Source: Candidatus Bathyarchaeia archaeon (GTDB taxonomy: Archaea; Thermoproteota; Bathyarchaeia; TCS64). Taken from it: a stretch of DNA of 64,000 nt. A program made the position numbers and the translations under genes. This document shows positions 1 to 9,971 of the stretch, piece after piece; the first letter of the stretch is position 1; each line of letters opens with the position of its first letter. Under the pieces are notes generated by a model. That model worked only from the letters and a program-made list of their open reading frames with translations. It was not told where the DNA came from and did no database searches. The DNA lies in assembly GCA_050014495.1 (NCBI GenBank), contig JBEKDF010000004.1:1-64000 (forward strand). Reading direction: 5' to 3'.

Positions 1-1
1 G

Positions 2-346
2 ATAATAGATATGCCCCCAGGCATCGGCGACGCCACACTTGATATGATAAGACTCATCCCACGAATAGAATTCTTGGTTGTGACGACCCCTAGTCGATTA
101 GCCTATGAATCAGTCCGTAAGCTGCTTGTCCTTCTTAGGGATCAGGGGATTCCAACAATCGGAGTCTTGGAGAACATGTCGATGAAACACACTGACTATA
201 TTGAGGAGCAAACGAAAGTGGCAAGCACCCGGTACCTCGGCTGCATCGACTTCGATGAAACCCTAGAAGTCTCGATTGGATATCCGGAGAGTCTGGTGAA
301 GACGAACTTATACAAGCAGCTCGCTGAGCTATGTGAAACGATTTAA
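2..346 (+). CDS. Mrp/NBP35 family ATPase (Fe-S carrier), 5'-partial
   Basis: IIDMPPG.GD, VVTTP and GVLENMS motifs; frame is open from the window start. Confidence 0.9.
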   Translation: MIDMPPGIGDATLDMIRLIPRIEFLVVTTPSRLAYESVRKLLVLLRDQGIPTIGVLENMSMKHTDYIEEQTKVASTRYLGCIDFDETLEVSIGYPESLVKTNLYKQLAELCETI

Positions 347-545
347 TTTAAATTACGCTCATAATGAGGAGGACGACGAGGTAGTTATGCATCGAACTAT
401 TTCTTTTCGTGAGCGAAACGACAAAAAGATAAATTCGTTTATATGATATACCCTGGAATATACTTTCCTTCATACAAATCTCTATTTTGCAAATGTTTCT
501 GTGGCGTCAAATTCTTTAACGCAGACCCCAATATAGGCTACAGAG

Positions 546-827
546 ATGTCGACAGCCAAGCTAAAGAAAGATGTACTAAAGTTTCTTCAGGTGAAGCCAC
601 TCAGCCTAGCCGAGATCGCGGAGGCAATGGAGCTTAAAGAGAAGCGCGTTTTCCGTCTGCTCCGTAGCCTCTTCGAAGGAGGTGAGATAGTCTCCCTACG
701 CGGGACTGATGGTATCCGAAAGTACCGCCTCACAACTGAGGAGGAGAAGACCGCTGCAAAGAAGGCAACTGAAGGTGAAGAGGTCGAGGTCGACGTAGAT
801 GAGGAAGATGTAGATGAAGACGGTTAG
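546..827 (+). CDS. small winged-helix DNA-binding protein with acidic tail
   Basis: LSLAEIAEAMEL..KRVFRLLRSL..GEI HTH pattern; D/E-rich C-terminus. Confidence 0.75.
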   Translation: MSTAKLKKDVLKFLQVKPLSLAEIAEAMELKEKRVFRLLRSLFEGGEIVSLRGTDGIRKYRLTTEEEKTAAKKATEGEEVEVDVDEEDVDEDG

Positions 828-1435
828 GTTCTTCTCCTCTCAACCTCTTGGAGTATCCTACTAACCTCCAACACACTCATGTTCAGGTTGTTGTTTGCTT
901 TGAGACATCTGGCCACTTCCTCCGGGCCTGCCCCATCGGCCGCAGCCTTTGGAACTATATTGCACATATCCTCGGTGTAGTTCCATGGGAAAACGACCCA
1001 TCGCCAACTAATCTCATCACCAAAATAGTCTGGCTTAAACTTACCACCAATGATGTGGCGGAGCGTCGCTGTCTTCACGACGAGGGGATTCATAGTCTCG
1101 ACGTATTCTTTCGCTACCCTCATACTCTCACCGGTATCAGTGATATCGTCTACTATTAGCACCCTCCTCCCTCTAAGCTCGATGCGGAATGGGTACTTGA
1201 TCTGAGCTGAGCCATCGGGAGTCGCAGTGATACCCCAGTGCTCCACCTTCAAGCTCACTAGATCCTTTACTCCGATGAAGTCGCAGAGGACGCGGCTCAG
1301 TACCCAGCCCCCACGGGCGAGACCCACCATGAAGTCTGGCTTAAACCTTGATTTAATGATCTTATCAGCGGTCTTCTTAGAAAGTTCATAGAATAGGTCC
1401 CAGTCCATTACCTCGCATTCGAACTTTTCGGACAC
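824..1435 (-). CDS. type I (purine) phosphoribosyltransferase
   Basis: GLARGGW and VLIVDDITDTGES PRPP-binding motif; WVVFPW. Confidence 0.9.
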   Translation of the reverse strand: MSEKFECEVMDWDLFYELSKKTADKIIKSRFKPDFMVGLARGGWVLSRVLCDFIGVKDLVSLKVEHWGITATPDGSAQIKYPFRIELRGRRVLIVDDITDTGESMRVAKEYVETMNPLVVKTATLRHIIGGKFKPDYFGDEISWRWVVFPWNYTEDMCNIVPKAAADGAGPEEVARCLKANNNLNMSVLEVSRILQEVERRRT

Positions 1436-1482
1436 GGTATTGAGAATCAGGTGCGGGTGGATAAAACGATTCGGGTGTGAGC

Positions 1483-2406
1483 TTAGAACTCTGGCATCAC
1501 TTTCTCACTGAAAAGTTTGAGGGGTTTGAGATCCTTCGTCGCCCCAGGGAAGACGAGCATGAAGCAGGAGACACCGAGATCCGTATACTCTCGTATTTTT
1601 TGGACGCAGCTATCTGGAGTACCGACTATGTTATGTTCCTCGTCTACTTCACCCGTTCTTTTTTTCATAGCTCTTATCTCGTCCTCGTCCCTCGCGATTA
1701 GAATTCTACCCTGCCAGGATTTCTGGACGTCGTCGATGTTCCTGTCCAACCTGGTGCAATGTGCCCCCAAGACGTCAAGCTTATGACGATACTCAGCTGG
1801 TGATAGACCAATAAAATTGCAACCGTCAGCGAGCTCCGCTATGGCCTTCAGGGTGAGCTCCTCTCCTCCACCCCCGATCCAGATCGGAGGGTGTGGCTTC
1901 TGTATCGGCTTTGGGTTGTTTACTGCACCTTCGATGTCGTAGTACTTGCCATGGAAACTCGTCTTCTCCTCTATCCACATGCTCTTGATTATCTTGACTG
2001 CTTCCCTGAGTCTCCCAATTCTGGTGGCAGGTTTGTCGAAGGGGAAGCCATATGCCTTGTGCTCAACCTCCGCCCAACCCGCGCCAATACCGAACTCGAG
2101 TCTGCCACCGCTTATCACGTCGAGTGTAGAAGCCATCTTGGCTAGGAGAGCTGGATTCCGATAAGTTGCGCAGAGCACAGTCACACCAAGTCTGAGTTTC
2201 TTTGTCTCCACCGCTAGAGCAGACAACGATGTCCAACACTCGAGACAGGGCTCGAGAGAAGGCCCAGCACCAGGAAGTTCGAATAGGTGGTCGAAGAGCC
2301 ACCCAGAATGGAATCCAAGCCTCTCCGCTTCCAACCAGACTCTCTTTAGCCCCTCATAGTCTCCATAATCTCTCGCCTGAGACGTCTTAACACCGAACCG
2401 GATCAA
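1483..2406 (-). CDS. LLM-class (likely F420-dependent) oxidoreductase
   Basis: WLFDH, YRNPALLAKMASTLDVISGGRLEFGIGAGW, PKPIQKPHPPIWIGGGG. Confidence 0.9.
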   Translation of the reverse strand: MIRFGVKTSQARDYGDYEGLKRVWLEAERLGFHSGWLFDHLFELPGAGPSLEPCLECWTSLSALAVETKKLRLGVTVLCATYRNPALLAKMASTLDVISGGRLEFGIGAGWAEVEHKAYGFPFDKPATRIGRLREAVKIIKSMWIEEKTSFHGKYYDIEGAVNNPKPIQKPHPPIWIGGGGEELTLKAIAELADGCNFIGLSPAEYRHKLDVLGAHCTRLDRNIDDVQKSWQGRILIARDEDEIRAMKKRTGEVDEEHNIVGTPDSCVQKIREYTDLGVSCFMLVFPGATKDLKPLKLFSEKVMPEF

Positions 2407-2715
2407 CTCTTAGCACCAAAGGATTAGTTAGAACGCATATATTTGAAACAGACTAGACTTGTTACTCGTTGTTTTTTTTACCATTTGGAAAGATGTCGAT
2501 GAATAAAATTGCCAAATAAGTATATTCCATTGGGTTCTTGGTAAATAACACTAAACACTTCGACATCGTCTCCCTTATTCCATCCGATCATGACCCGGAG
2601 CCCATGATCAACTAGGTCTCGAGGCGCGAGTAAGAAAAATTATTCATGCCCCCAAGCTGTTCCTAGCCATATTTCTTTAATAAACAGCATTTCTAAGACA
2701 AACAAGGAGATCAGC

Positions 2716-3513
2716 ATGCCCTATTGTAAGGAGTGTGGCACAGAAAACGAGGAAGGAGCCAAATTCTGCCAGAAATGTGGGACCCCGCTTCAGGTTACAG
2801 GAGTTATTTACCGGAGATCTAACAGTTGGCACACCGAGAGAATAATTGCTTTGATCTTCGGGGGTTTCATCTTACTCATCGCCCTCGGCCTAATGATTGG
2901 AGGAGGCGTACTACTATGGAGTCAGAACTCCCTCACAGACCGCGATGGATACATGATTATGAATCCTGTCCCGCTCACAGTTAGCAGCTACGCCATTGTC
3001 CAGAATAATATCAACATCTACATGAACCCCGGTTGGTGGGATACCTCAAATCAGAGCATAGTCTCAATCAAGATAACCTCCACATCGAACAACGATAAGC
3101 CAATCTTCGTTGGAATCGTCCCTCAACAGGTAGCATTAACCTATTTCAATGGAGTGAACATAGACAGACTAATCTCTTACAATTGGGCCCCTGGCAGGAT
3201 GATTGGGGGTGATGTACCCGCTTACAGAACCATACCTGGTGGTCCCCCTCCGACTTCACCGACAAGCCAGGTAATTTGGGTGGCCCAGTCATCCGGGAGT
3301 GGCACCCAGACTGTGAAATGGACTCCCACTTCTGGTGAGTACTGGGTTGTAATCATGAATGCTGACGGTTCGAAGGAGGTGAACGCTGATGTTCAAGTCG
3401 GGGTGCGCGTTACCATCCTCAGCTGGATAAGCTGGGGGCTGCTCATCGGTGGTATACTCGTGGCTCTGGTCGGTATCATCATAATTTATTTCGGCGCCAT
3501 CCATCACCATTAA
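2716..3513 (+). CDS. zinc-ribbon membrane protein
   Basis: N-terminal CKECG..FCQKCG, two TM segments, YWVVIMNADGS; GGAGA SD upstream. Confidence 0.8.
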   Translation: MPYCKECGTENEEGAKFCQKCGTPLQVTGVIYRRSNSWHTERIIALIFGGFILLIALGLMIGGGVLLWSQNSLTDRDGYMIMNPVPLTVSSYAIVQNNINIYMNPGWWDTSNQSIVSIKITSTSNNDKPIFVGIVPQQVALTYFNGVNIDRLISYNWAPGRMIGGDVPAYRTIPGGPPPTSPTSQVIWVAQSSGSGTQTVKWTPTSGEYWVVIMNADGSKEVNADVQVGVRVTILSWISWGLLIGGILVALVGIIIIYFGAIHHH

Positions 3514-3602
3514 CCCCGGGAACCTTTTTTAAGACCCGGTGTACCTCCTTCTTGGACGACCAAGAGATATAACTCCGGGCGTCACCGAGGATGTGAGCAG
3601 GT

Positions 3603-4013
3603 TTGGAGAAGGACTATAAAGCGATGCTAGACAGGGCCTACAAGGAGCTCCCTGAGCAAACAAACTTTGTAGACAGGTTTGCAGTCCCAAAGGCGAATAT
3701 TGCCCTCCAAGGGAGAAAGACGGTTATTATCAACTTCAGGGAAATCGCTGAGCAGCTCCGAAGGGAGCCCGACCACCTACTCAAATACCTCACCGGGGAG
3801 ATGGCGACACTTGCCAACTTCGACGGTAACCGCGCCCTTTTCCAGGGTAAACATAATGCTGAGTCTATACGCGGCCTCATCGATGCCTATGCCAAAAAAT
3901 ATGTAATATGCCCCGTTTGTGGCCGCCCAGACACTCAGCTCATAAAAGAGAAGCGTCTATGGTTCCTCCAATGTGAGGCCTGTGGCGCACGAAGCAGCAT
4001 AGGCACGAGCTGA
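3603..4013 (+). CDS. eif2b: translation initiation factor aIF-2 beta
   Basis: KTVIINF, LRREPDHLLKYL, YVICPVCGRPDT..CEACGA. Confidence 0.95.
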   Translation: MEKDYKAMLDRAYKELPEQTNFVDRFAVPKANIALQGRKTVIINFREIAEQLRREPDHLLKYLTGEMATLANFDGNRALFQGKHNAESIRGLIDAYAKKYVICPVCGRPDTQLIKEKRLWFLQCEACGARSSIGTS

Positions 4014-4018
4014 GCGCC

Positions 4019-4318
4019 ATGAGCGAGGTCTACCTCCGGACTATCAAACAAGGGAGGGACACCCTCGTAGCAGTCTGCGACGCCGAGCTACTTGGTCAAA
4101 CCCTCCAAGGAGGCCGAGTGCCATTCAAGGTGAGCGAGGAGTTCTATAGGGGAATCCCCGGTAGTGTGGAAGAGGCTATCGAAGCGATGCGCCACGCCAC
4201 CATTTGTAATCTTGTCGGGAAGAAGATAGTCGCAGCTGCGATAGGTGAAAGACTCGTCCATGGAAGAGCTGTCCTATACTTCGGAGATATCCCACACGCC
4301 CAGATCGTTAAGATGTAA
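4019..4318 (+). CDS. DUF424 family protein
   Basis: [23 protein letters not shown]; usual neighbour of aIF-2beta. Confidence 0.85.
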   Translation: MSEVYLRTIKQGRDTLVAVCDAELLGQTLQGGRVPFKVSEEFYRGIPGSVEEAIEAMRHATICNLVGKKIVAAAIGERLVHGRAVLYFGDIPHAQIVKM

Positions 4319-4356
4319 TCTCTGAAACGTCTTATACACCAATTCGCACAATTTAC

Positions 4357-5619
4357 TTGGTAAACTTGAGCTACAAGGTTAAAGATATCAAGCTCGCCTC
4401 GAGGGGTGAGCTTCTCATAGAGTGGGCTAGGGATCATATGCCCGTTCTCGCTCTCATCCGGAAGAGATTCGAGATCGAAAAGCCCCTCGCGGGTATAAAG
4501 CTCGGGGCCTGCCTTCACGCGACAAAGGAGACGGCGGTCCTGGTCCGTACACTCGAGGCTGGTGGTGCAGAGGTCGCACTCTGCGGCTCAAATCCTCTAT
4601 CCACACACGACGATGTAGTCGCTGCACTCGCTGCGACGGGGACGAAAGTCTTTGCATGGCGTGAGCAATCGATGGAGGAGTATTACTGGTGCGTGAACAA
4701 AATAATCGATCAGGGCCCAAACATCACGATGGATGATGGCGCGGATCTTGTTAATACACTACACTCGAAGAGGACTGATAAACTCAGGGGAGTGAAGGCG
4801 GGTAGCGAAGAGACGACAACCGGAGTCATAAGACTCCGTGCCATGCATAAAGACGGAGCGCTGAAGTACCCAATAGTTGCTGTCAACGATACCCCCACGA
4901 AGCACATGTTCGATAACCGCTATGGAACGGGTCAGAGCACGATCGACGGAATTCTCAGGGCGAGCTCGGTGATGCTTGCCGGCAAGGTCTTTGTCGTTGT
5001 GGGCTATGGCTGGTGTGCGAGGGGCGTCGCTACCAGAGCTCGAGGAATGGGGGGCCAAGTGATCGTGACCGAGGTTGACCCAACAAAGGCGTTAGAGGCC
5101 ATTATGGATGGATTCCAGGTCATGCCCCTTATGGAGGCAGCAGAGATTGGCGACATCTTCGTCACTGTTACTGGGGACACAAAGGTGATTGACGAGCAGC
5201 ACCTTAGGGTGATGAAAGATGGTGCCATGCTTGCAAATAGTGGCCACTTTAATGTCGAAATCAACATTCCCTCCCTCGAGAAGTTGTCTCAGGGGAAGAG
5301 AAGGATGCGTCCAGACCTCGATGAGTATCAGATGAAGAATGGTCGGAAGCTCTATTTGCTCGCTGAGGGGAGGCTTGTTAACCTCGCCGCAGCGGAGGGG
5401 CATCCGAGCGAGGTTATGGATATGAGTTTCGCCGATCAGGCTCTTGTCGCCGAGTGGATTCAGAAATCTGAGTGTCTCGATGTTGGCGTCCACGACGTAC
5501 CAAAGGAGATCGACGAGATGGTGGCAAGTATGAAACTTCAGTCAATGGGTGTCAAGATCGATAAGCTCACTGATGAGCAGAGGAAGTATCTGACAAGTTG
5601 GAAAGAAGGCACTGTTTAG
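4357..5619 (+). CDS. ahcY: adenosylhomocysteinase
   Basis: [41 protein letters not shown]. Confidence 0.97.
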   Translation: MVNLSYKVKDIKLASRGELLIEWARDHMPVLALIRKRFEIEKPLAGIKLGACLHATKETAVLVRTLEAGGAEVALCGSNPLSTHDDVVAALAATGTKVFAWREQSMEEYYWCVNKIIDQGPNITMDDGADLVNTLHSKRTDKLRGVKAGSEETTTGVIRLRAMHKDGALKYPIVAVNDTPTKHMFDNRYGTGQSTIDGILRASSVMLAGKVFVVVGYGWCARGVATRARGMGGQVIVTEVDPTKALEAIMDGFQVMPLMEAAEIGDIFVTVTGDTKVIDEQHLRVMKDGAMLANSGHFNVEINIPSLEKLSQGKRRMRPDLDEYQMKNGRKLYLLAEGRLVNLAAAEGHPSEVMDMSFADQALVAEWIQKSECLDVGVHDVPKEIDEMVASMKLQSMGVKIDKLTDEQRKYLTSWKEGTV

Positions 5620-6824
5620 CTCATCTTTACGCCTTTCTCTGTTTTCTCCAATATTCCCCTAGATATTAGGTAATCTAGCGTCTCCTCGGTCTCCCCTGTG
5701 CTGTAGCCCTGCTTCGCCATCTCCCTTTCCAACCATGTGGTCCCATAATCAAACCCGGGTATCCTTATTGTGCGTAGTAGCTGATTTGTACACGCCTTGA
5801 TCCTCGTCTCCCCCCGCTGTATAGTGCCATTAAGGGTTTCCTCTTTAGCCGATAGAGCGCTTGCGTCAACACCTAGCCTCTTTCTCACGTATTCGGGAAA
5901 CTCTCTTGTCATAGTTCCGCCATGGAAGGTTAGTACCCTCTTAGGCTTGCATCGGCGAATGTACCCGAGGAGGCTCTTGAAGTCTGCGTGGTCACTGAGT
6001 GCGAAGGCACGTTGACGCCCACCGAATAGGACAGCCCATCCTGAGGCAAGGGCAGGGTCGAGGTTATCATATGGCAACTTCGAGCCTTTAGGTGAAATTA
6101 TGACACACTTCCCTCCCTCTAACAGCTCCTCCCCCTCCGGGGACTTTGAGTCGTAATAATCAAGGCTATGGCCGAAGCTTTTGTAGACGTCACTCACCTT
6201 CGTAGCGCTCTTCGCCGTCACGACGGGGAGCTTGGTTAGCGTATTAAAGATACGTATTACCTCTTGGGCGTTACCTATGGAGTCCGTCTTCAAGGTAGGT
6301 ATGCGCCCAGACGGGATCGATTCCATAGTGGCCCAACGGACCATGTCGAGGGCGATGTCTCTTCTTTTCGGAAAACTGAACATGGGCGCCCCGAATGTTG
6401 TTTCGACGACGAGGATATCACAATCAACGGGCTCTGCAGGATGCATCGTGTATGATTCCTCTAGACCAATGTCCCCGGTGTAGAGAACGACGCCCTCAGG
6501 AGTGTTTACTTCAAACTGGACGCTACCAAGTACATGCCCGGCATTATGTATGCGAACTTCTATGTCATCTACTTTGACTTTGTCACCTAGTCGTATCTGC
6601 TGCCAGTTGTCGAGATGTTTCCAACCGAGGCTGTGGAGAAGCTGATGAGTCTCCTTAGTAGCATATTTTTGTCTTTCAGGGTACTTGAAAATGGCGGCGT
6701 GGTCGGCATGAGCGTGGCTTACAAAGACGGGGTAGCCATGCCCATTTCCTGTTGGGTCTAACACGACCCCTGATCCTTTGTATTCGATGACGACACCGTG
6801 CTGCTGCCTAACCCGGAGAGCCAC
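5616..6824 (-). CDS. MBL-fold (beta-CASP-like) nuclease
   Basis: [31 protein letters not shown]. Confidence 0.85.
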   Translation of the reverse strand: MALRVRQQHGVVIEYKGSGVVLDPTGNGHGYPVFVSHAHADHAAIFKYPERQKYATKETHQLLHSLGWKHLDNWQQIRLGDKVKVDDIEVRIHNAGHVLGSVQFEVNTPEGVVLYTGDIGLEESYTMHPAEPVDCDILVVETTFGAPMFSFPKRRDIALDMVRWATMESIPSGRIPTLKTDSIGNAQEVIRIFNTLTKLPVVTAKSATKVSDVYKSFGHSLDYYDSKSPEGEELLEGGKCVIISPKGSKLPYDNLDPALASGWAVLFGGRQRAFALSDHADFKSLLGYIRRCKPKRVLTFHGGTMTREFPEYVRKRLGVDASALSAKEETLNGTIQRGETRIKACTNQLLRTIRIPGFDYGTTWLEREMAKQGYSTGETEETLDYLISRGILEKTEKGVKMS

Positions 6825-6834
6825 TGTGAAGCCT

Positions 6835-7215
6835 CTAACTCGTCTGGAGCATGAGGATGGCCTTGGCTAAGTCCCCTTCACACTTGGCGAGGGTCTCACG
6901 GGCCTTCTCCATACTCACCTTCGCCTGCTGGGCGACCAGTAGGACATCCTCCTCTGGGATCTGAACCGAGGGCTTCTCCATTGGAGCCGCATCCTGTACT
7001 ACAGCGGCCTGAGGGGAGCGCTCCACAGCCTTTCCACCGAGGACCTGATACATCTTCTGTCCCTGAACATTGATGCTTGTGACGGTAGGCTGTTCGATGA
7101 CTATCTCCTTGCCGGGGCTCTGTATTATTACCCTAGTTACGCCATTGATTTCCTGCATTTGCATGCCCATTCGCTGCATCATGCGTCGAGCGTTACGTGA
7201 ATCCATCCTCGCCAA
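6835..7215 (-). CDS. nac: nascent polypeptide-associated complex protein
   Basis: RRMMQRMG..; C-terminal UBA-like EEDVLLVAQQA..GDLAKAIL. Confidence 0.93.
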   Translation of the reverse strand: MARMDSRNARRMMQRMGMQMQEINGVTRVIIQSPGKEIVIEQPTVTSINVQGQKMYQVLGGKAVERSPQAAVVQDAAPMEKPSVQIPEEDVLLVAQQAKVSMEKARETLAKCEGDLAKAILMLQTS

Positions 7216-7300
7216 AAGGCTTCACCTTATACAATGGGGGTGGTGTTCGGGTTTAAAATCCTTGATGGCGGTTTGGCTTATTTATGAGAAAGTGTTGAAA

Positions 7301-8137
7301 TTAAGCGGTCGAGGCAGCCTTAATTGTGTTGCGTAGAAGCATCGTTATGAGCATAGGACCTACTCCGCCGGGAACAGGGGTGATTGCAGAGGCGAGTGGG
7401 CTGACACCCTCGTAGTCAACATCGCCGAAGACCTTCTTCCCCTCGTAATTGTTCCCGTTATCGATTATGACTACCCCTTTCTTCACCATCCCAACGGTCA
7501 CGGCACTCTTCTTGTAAACCTCGATGCAGAGGATATCTGCCTGCTTCACGAATTCTGGGAATCGGGTGTCCGCCGCGGCGAAGGCTGTTACCTCGACCTT
7601 TTTGTTGAGAAGTAGTGCCACCATGGGTTTACCCAGCCAGCTCGTAAGGCCGGCAACTACCCAGTGTTTTCCATCTTGGTCGATCTTGTAGCGTTTGAGA
7701 AGCTCCATTATAGCCTCGACGCTGGCGGGGAGGAATGACTTTTCGCCTAGGATGATCTTGCCGAATGTCACTGGGCTTAAGCCGTCCACATCTTTTTCTG
7801 GGGCGATTGCCTCGACTATCTTTCCCTCATTTACCTCTTTTGGTACGGGTAGTTGTACCATGACGCCATGGACCTTTGGGTCGTTGTTTAGTTTTTTTAT
7901 GAGAGATACAATCTGCTCAGTAGCAGCGGTCTCTAGGTGGTAAAACTGTGTTGCAATACCGACCTCCTCAGCACGCTTCTTCTTTAGCTCTACGTAACGT
8001 ATCGATCCAGGGTCTGTGCCGACGAGTATGAGTGCGAGGGTTGGGTTAACACTATTAGCCTTAAGCTTCTCGATATCAGCCCTGATCTCCTCTACAATCT
8101 TCAGCGAGGTCTCCTTTCCGTCGAGGACGACAACCAT
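7301..8137 (-). CDS. folD: methylene-THF dehydrogenase/cyclohydrolase (divergent)
   Basis: VHGVMVQLP, KDVDG, ITPVPGGVGPM; adjacent to fhs. Confidence 0.9.
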   Translation of the reverse strand: MVVVLDGKETSLKIVEEIRADIEKLKANSVNPTLALILVGTDPGSIRYVELKKKRAEEVGIATQFYHLETAATEQIVSLIKKLNNDPKVHGVMVQLPVPKEVNEGKIVEAIAPEKDVDGLSPVTFGKIILGEKSFLPASVEAIMELLKRYKIDQDGKHWVVAGLTSWLGKPMVALLLNKKVEVTAFAAADTRFPEFVKQADILCIEVYKKSAVTVGMVKKGVVIIDNGNNYEGKKVFGDVDYEGVSPLASAITPVPGGVGPMLITMLLRNTIKAASTA

Positions 8138-8138
8138 C

Positions 8139-9821
8139 TCAAGCCAGCCCCTTTATTATTCCCTTCTCGTCGATGTCCATCTCCTCACTTGCAGGATGCG
8201 TCGGTTCGCCTGGCATTGTGCTTATGTCGCCGCAGTAGGCGACTATGAAACCGGCGCCCGTGCTAGGTTTGAGGTTAACGATGGGGAGGATGTATCCCTC
8301 TGGGGGTAATCCCTGCAGGTCCTCATTGTCGGTGAGGCTCAGTGGCGTCTTCGCCATGCAGATGGGAAGCTTGTTGAATCCAAGTTTCTCTATCTGCTTC
8401 AGTGTCTTACGGGCGTCGTCCGTGAGGCGGATATCAGTAACTCCATAGATCTCCTTAGCGATGGTGCGAATCTTCTCCTCCACTGACATCTCCAATGTGT
8501 AGAGATAGTGGAAATTATTCGGCTTTTCTAGCTCCTTGAGGACAAGGTTTGCTAATTCCACTCCTCCCGCACCGCCTTTGAGAACTGTGTCAGTGAATGC
8601 AGCGGGAACCCCATTCTCCTTCGCCCAGTTCATGATGATGTCAATCTCCTCCTGGGAGTCGTTTAGGAAGTGATTCATGCACACGACAGGGTGAAGGCCG
8701 AACTTCTTTGCATTCTCTATCTCCTTGGCGAGTATGGGGAGTCCCCTCTTTACAGCCTCGGCGCTCGACTTGTCAATGTCCTTGTATTTGGTTCCGCCAT
8801 GCCTCTTCAGGGCCTTTATTGTTGCTACAATGACCACAACACTTGGCTGGAGACCTCCCGCCCTCGACGCGATGTTGCAGAACTTTTCCATCCCCAGGTC
8901 AGCGCCGAAGCCTGGTTCAATAACGACGTAGTCTGTCAGCTTCTGCGCTGTCTTGATGCCAACTAAACTTGGGCAACCATGGGCTATATTGGCGAATGGC
9001 CCCCCATGTATGATCGCAGGAGTCCCCTCGATTGTCTGGACGAGGTTCGGCTTAATAGCGTCCTTCAACAAGATTGCCATAGCGCCAACGACTTGGAGTT
9101 GTCCCGCTTTCACGGGTTTTCCATCCTTGTCATAGGCGACAGTGATCTCCCCCATACGCCTCTTGAGGTCCATGAAGTCGCTGCTTATCGCGTGGATCGC
9201 CGCGATCTCAGATGCTGTGGTGATCTCGAAGCCACTCTCATAGGGGATCCCATTGTTTTTCCCGCCGAGACCGACAACGATCTTCCTTAACGTCCTGCTC
9301 TCGATGTCGATGACCCTCTTCCACATTATGTCCTGGAGGCTGATTCCCAGCTCGTTACCCCTGTTTATGTGGTTCTCCATTATGCTCGTGAGGAGGTCGT
9401 GAGCGCAGGTGATTGCGTGTAGGTCTCCGGTGAAGTGGACATTTATATCCTCCATGGGGAGCACCTGAGCGTAGCCAGCCCCACAAGCGCCTCCTTTCAC
9501 CCCGAAGACGGGCCCGAGGCTTGGCTGGCGGAGGACCACAATGTTTCTCTTTCCCAGTTTGCCGAGGGCTTCTGCGAGGCCGATGCTCATAGTCGTCTTT
9601 CCTTCACCGAACTTCGTTGGCGTGATGGCTGTGACAATGATCAGCTTTCCGTCGGGTTTGTCTTTGTTTCGGAGGTATACTTCGGGGCGGATCTTCGCTT
9701 TGTACTTTCCATACATTTCTATGTCGTCGGGAGAGAGCCCGAGACCCTCAGCGATTTCAGTGATGGGTCTGAGCTTCGCGCTCTGAGCGATCTCAATTTT
9801 CGTCTGTAGAGCCATAGGCAT
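8139..9821 (-). CDS. fhs: formate--tetrahydrofolate ligase
   Basis: TAITPTKFGEGKTT, LRQPSLGPVFGVKGG, HGGPFANIAHG, PICMAKT. Confidence 0.96.
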   Translation of the reverse strand: MPMALQTKIEIAQSAKLRPITEIAEGLGLSPDDIEMYGKYKAKIRPEVYLRNKDKPDGKLIIVTAITPTKFGEGKTTMSIGLAEALGKLGKRNIVVLRQPSLGPVFGVKGGACGAGYAQVLPMEDINVHFTGDLHAITCAHDLLTSIMENHINRGNELGISLQDIMWKRVIDIESRTLRKIVVGLGGKNNGIPYESGFEITTASEIAAIHAISSDFMDLKRRMGEITVAYDKDGKPVKAGQLQVVGAMAILLKDAIKPNLVQTIEGTPAIIHGGPFANIAHGCPSLVGIKTAQKLTDYVVIEPGFGADLGMEKFCNIASRAGGLQPSVVVIVATIKALKRHGGTKYKDIDKSSAEAVKRGLPILAKEIENAKKFGLHPVVCMNHFLNDSQEEIDIIMNWAKENGVPAAFTDTVLKGGAGGVELANLVLKELEKPNNFHYLYTLEMSVEEKIRTIAKEIYGVTDIRLTDDARKTLKQIEKLGFNKLPICMAKTPLSLTDNEDLQGLPPEGYILPIVNLKPSTGAGFIVAYCGDISTMPGEPTHPASEEMDIDEKGIIKGLA

Positions 9822-9971
9822 TCATAGAATAGTCCCATCCGTCTGTTTAATAACTTGTCAGCGAAAAACATGCAAAGTATTTATCTTAGAACCTTCGCCA
9901 CAAAGGCGAATAGTAACTATTAAGCGGTAGCTCGACGATCCGAGTAGAATGTAATCGCCCCGGCGGTATGA

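Noticed and set aside
546..827. Possible Z-alpha (Z-DNA-binding) domain, given the (GC)n tracts
   Set aside because: Generic winged helix; the key Asn/Tyr of the recognition helix and the wing Trp of Z-alpha are absent.
9931..9942. CTCGACGATCCG shared with 19474-19485
   Set aside because: A single 12-bp match is expected by chance.
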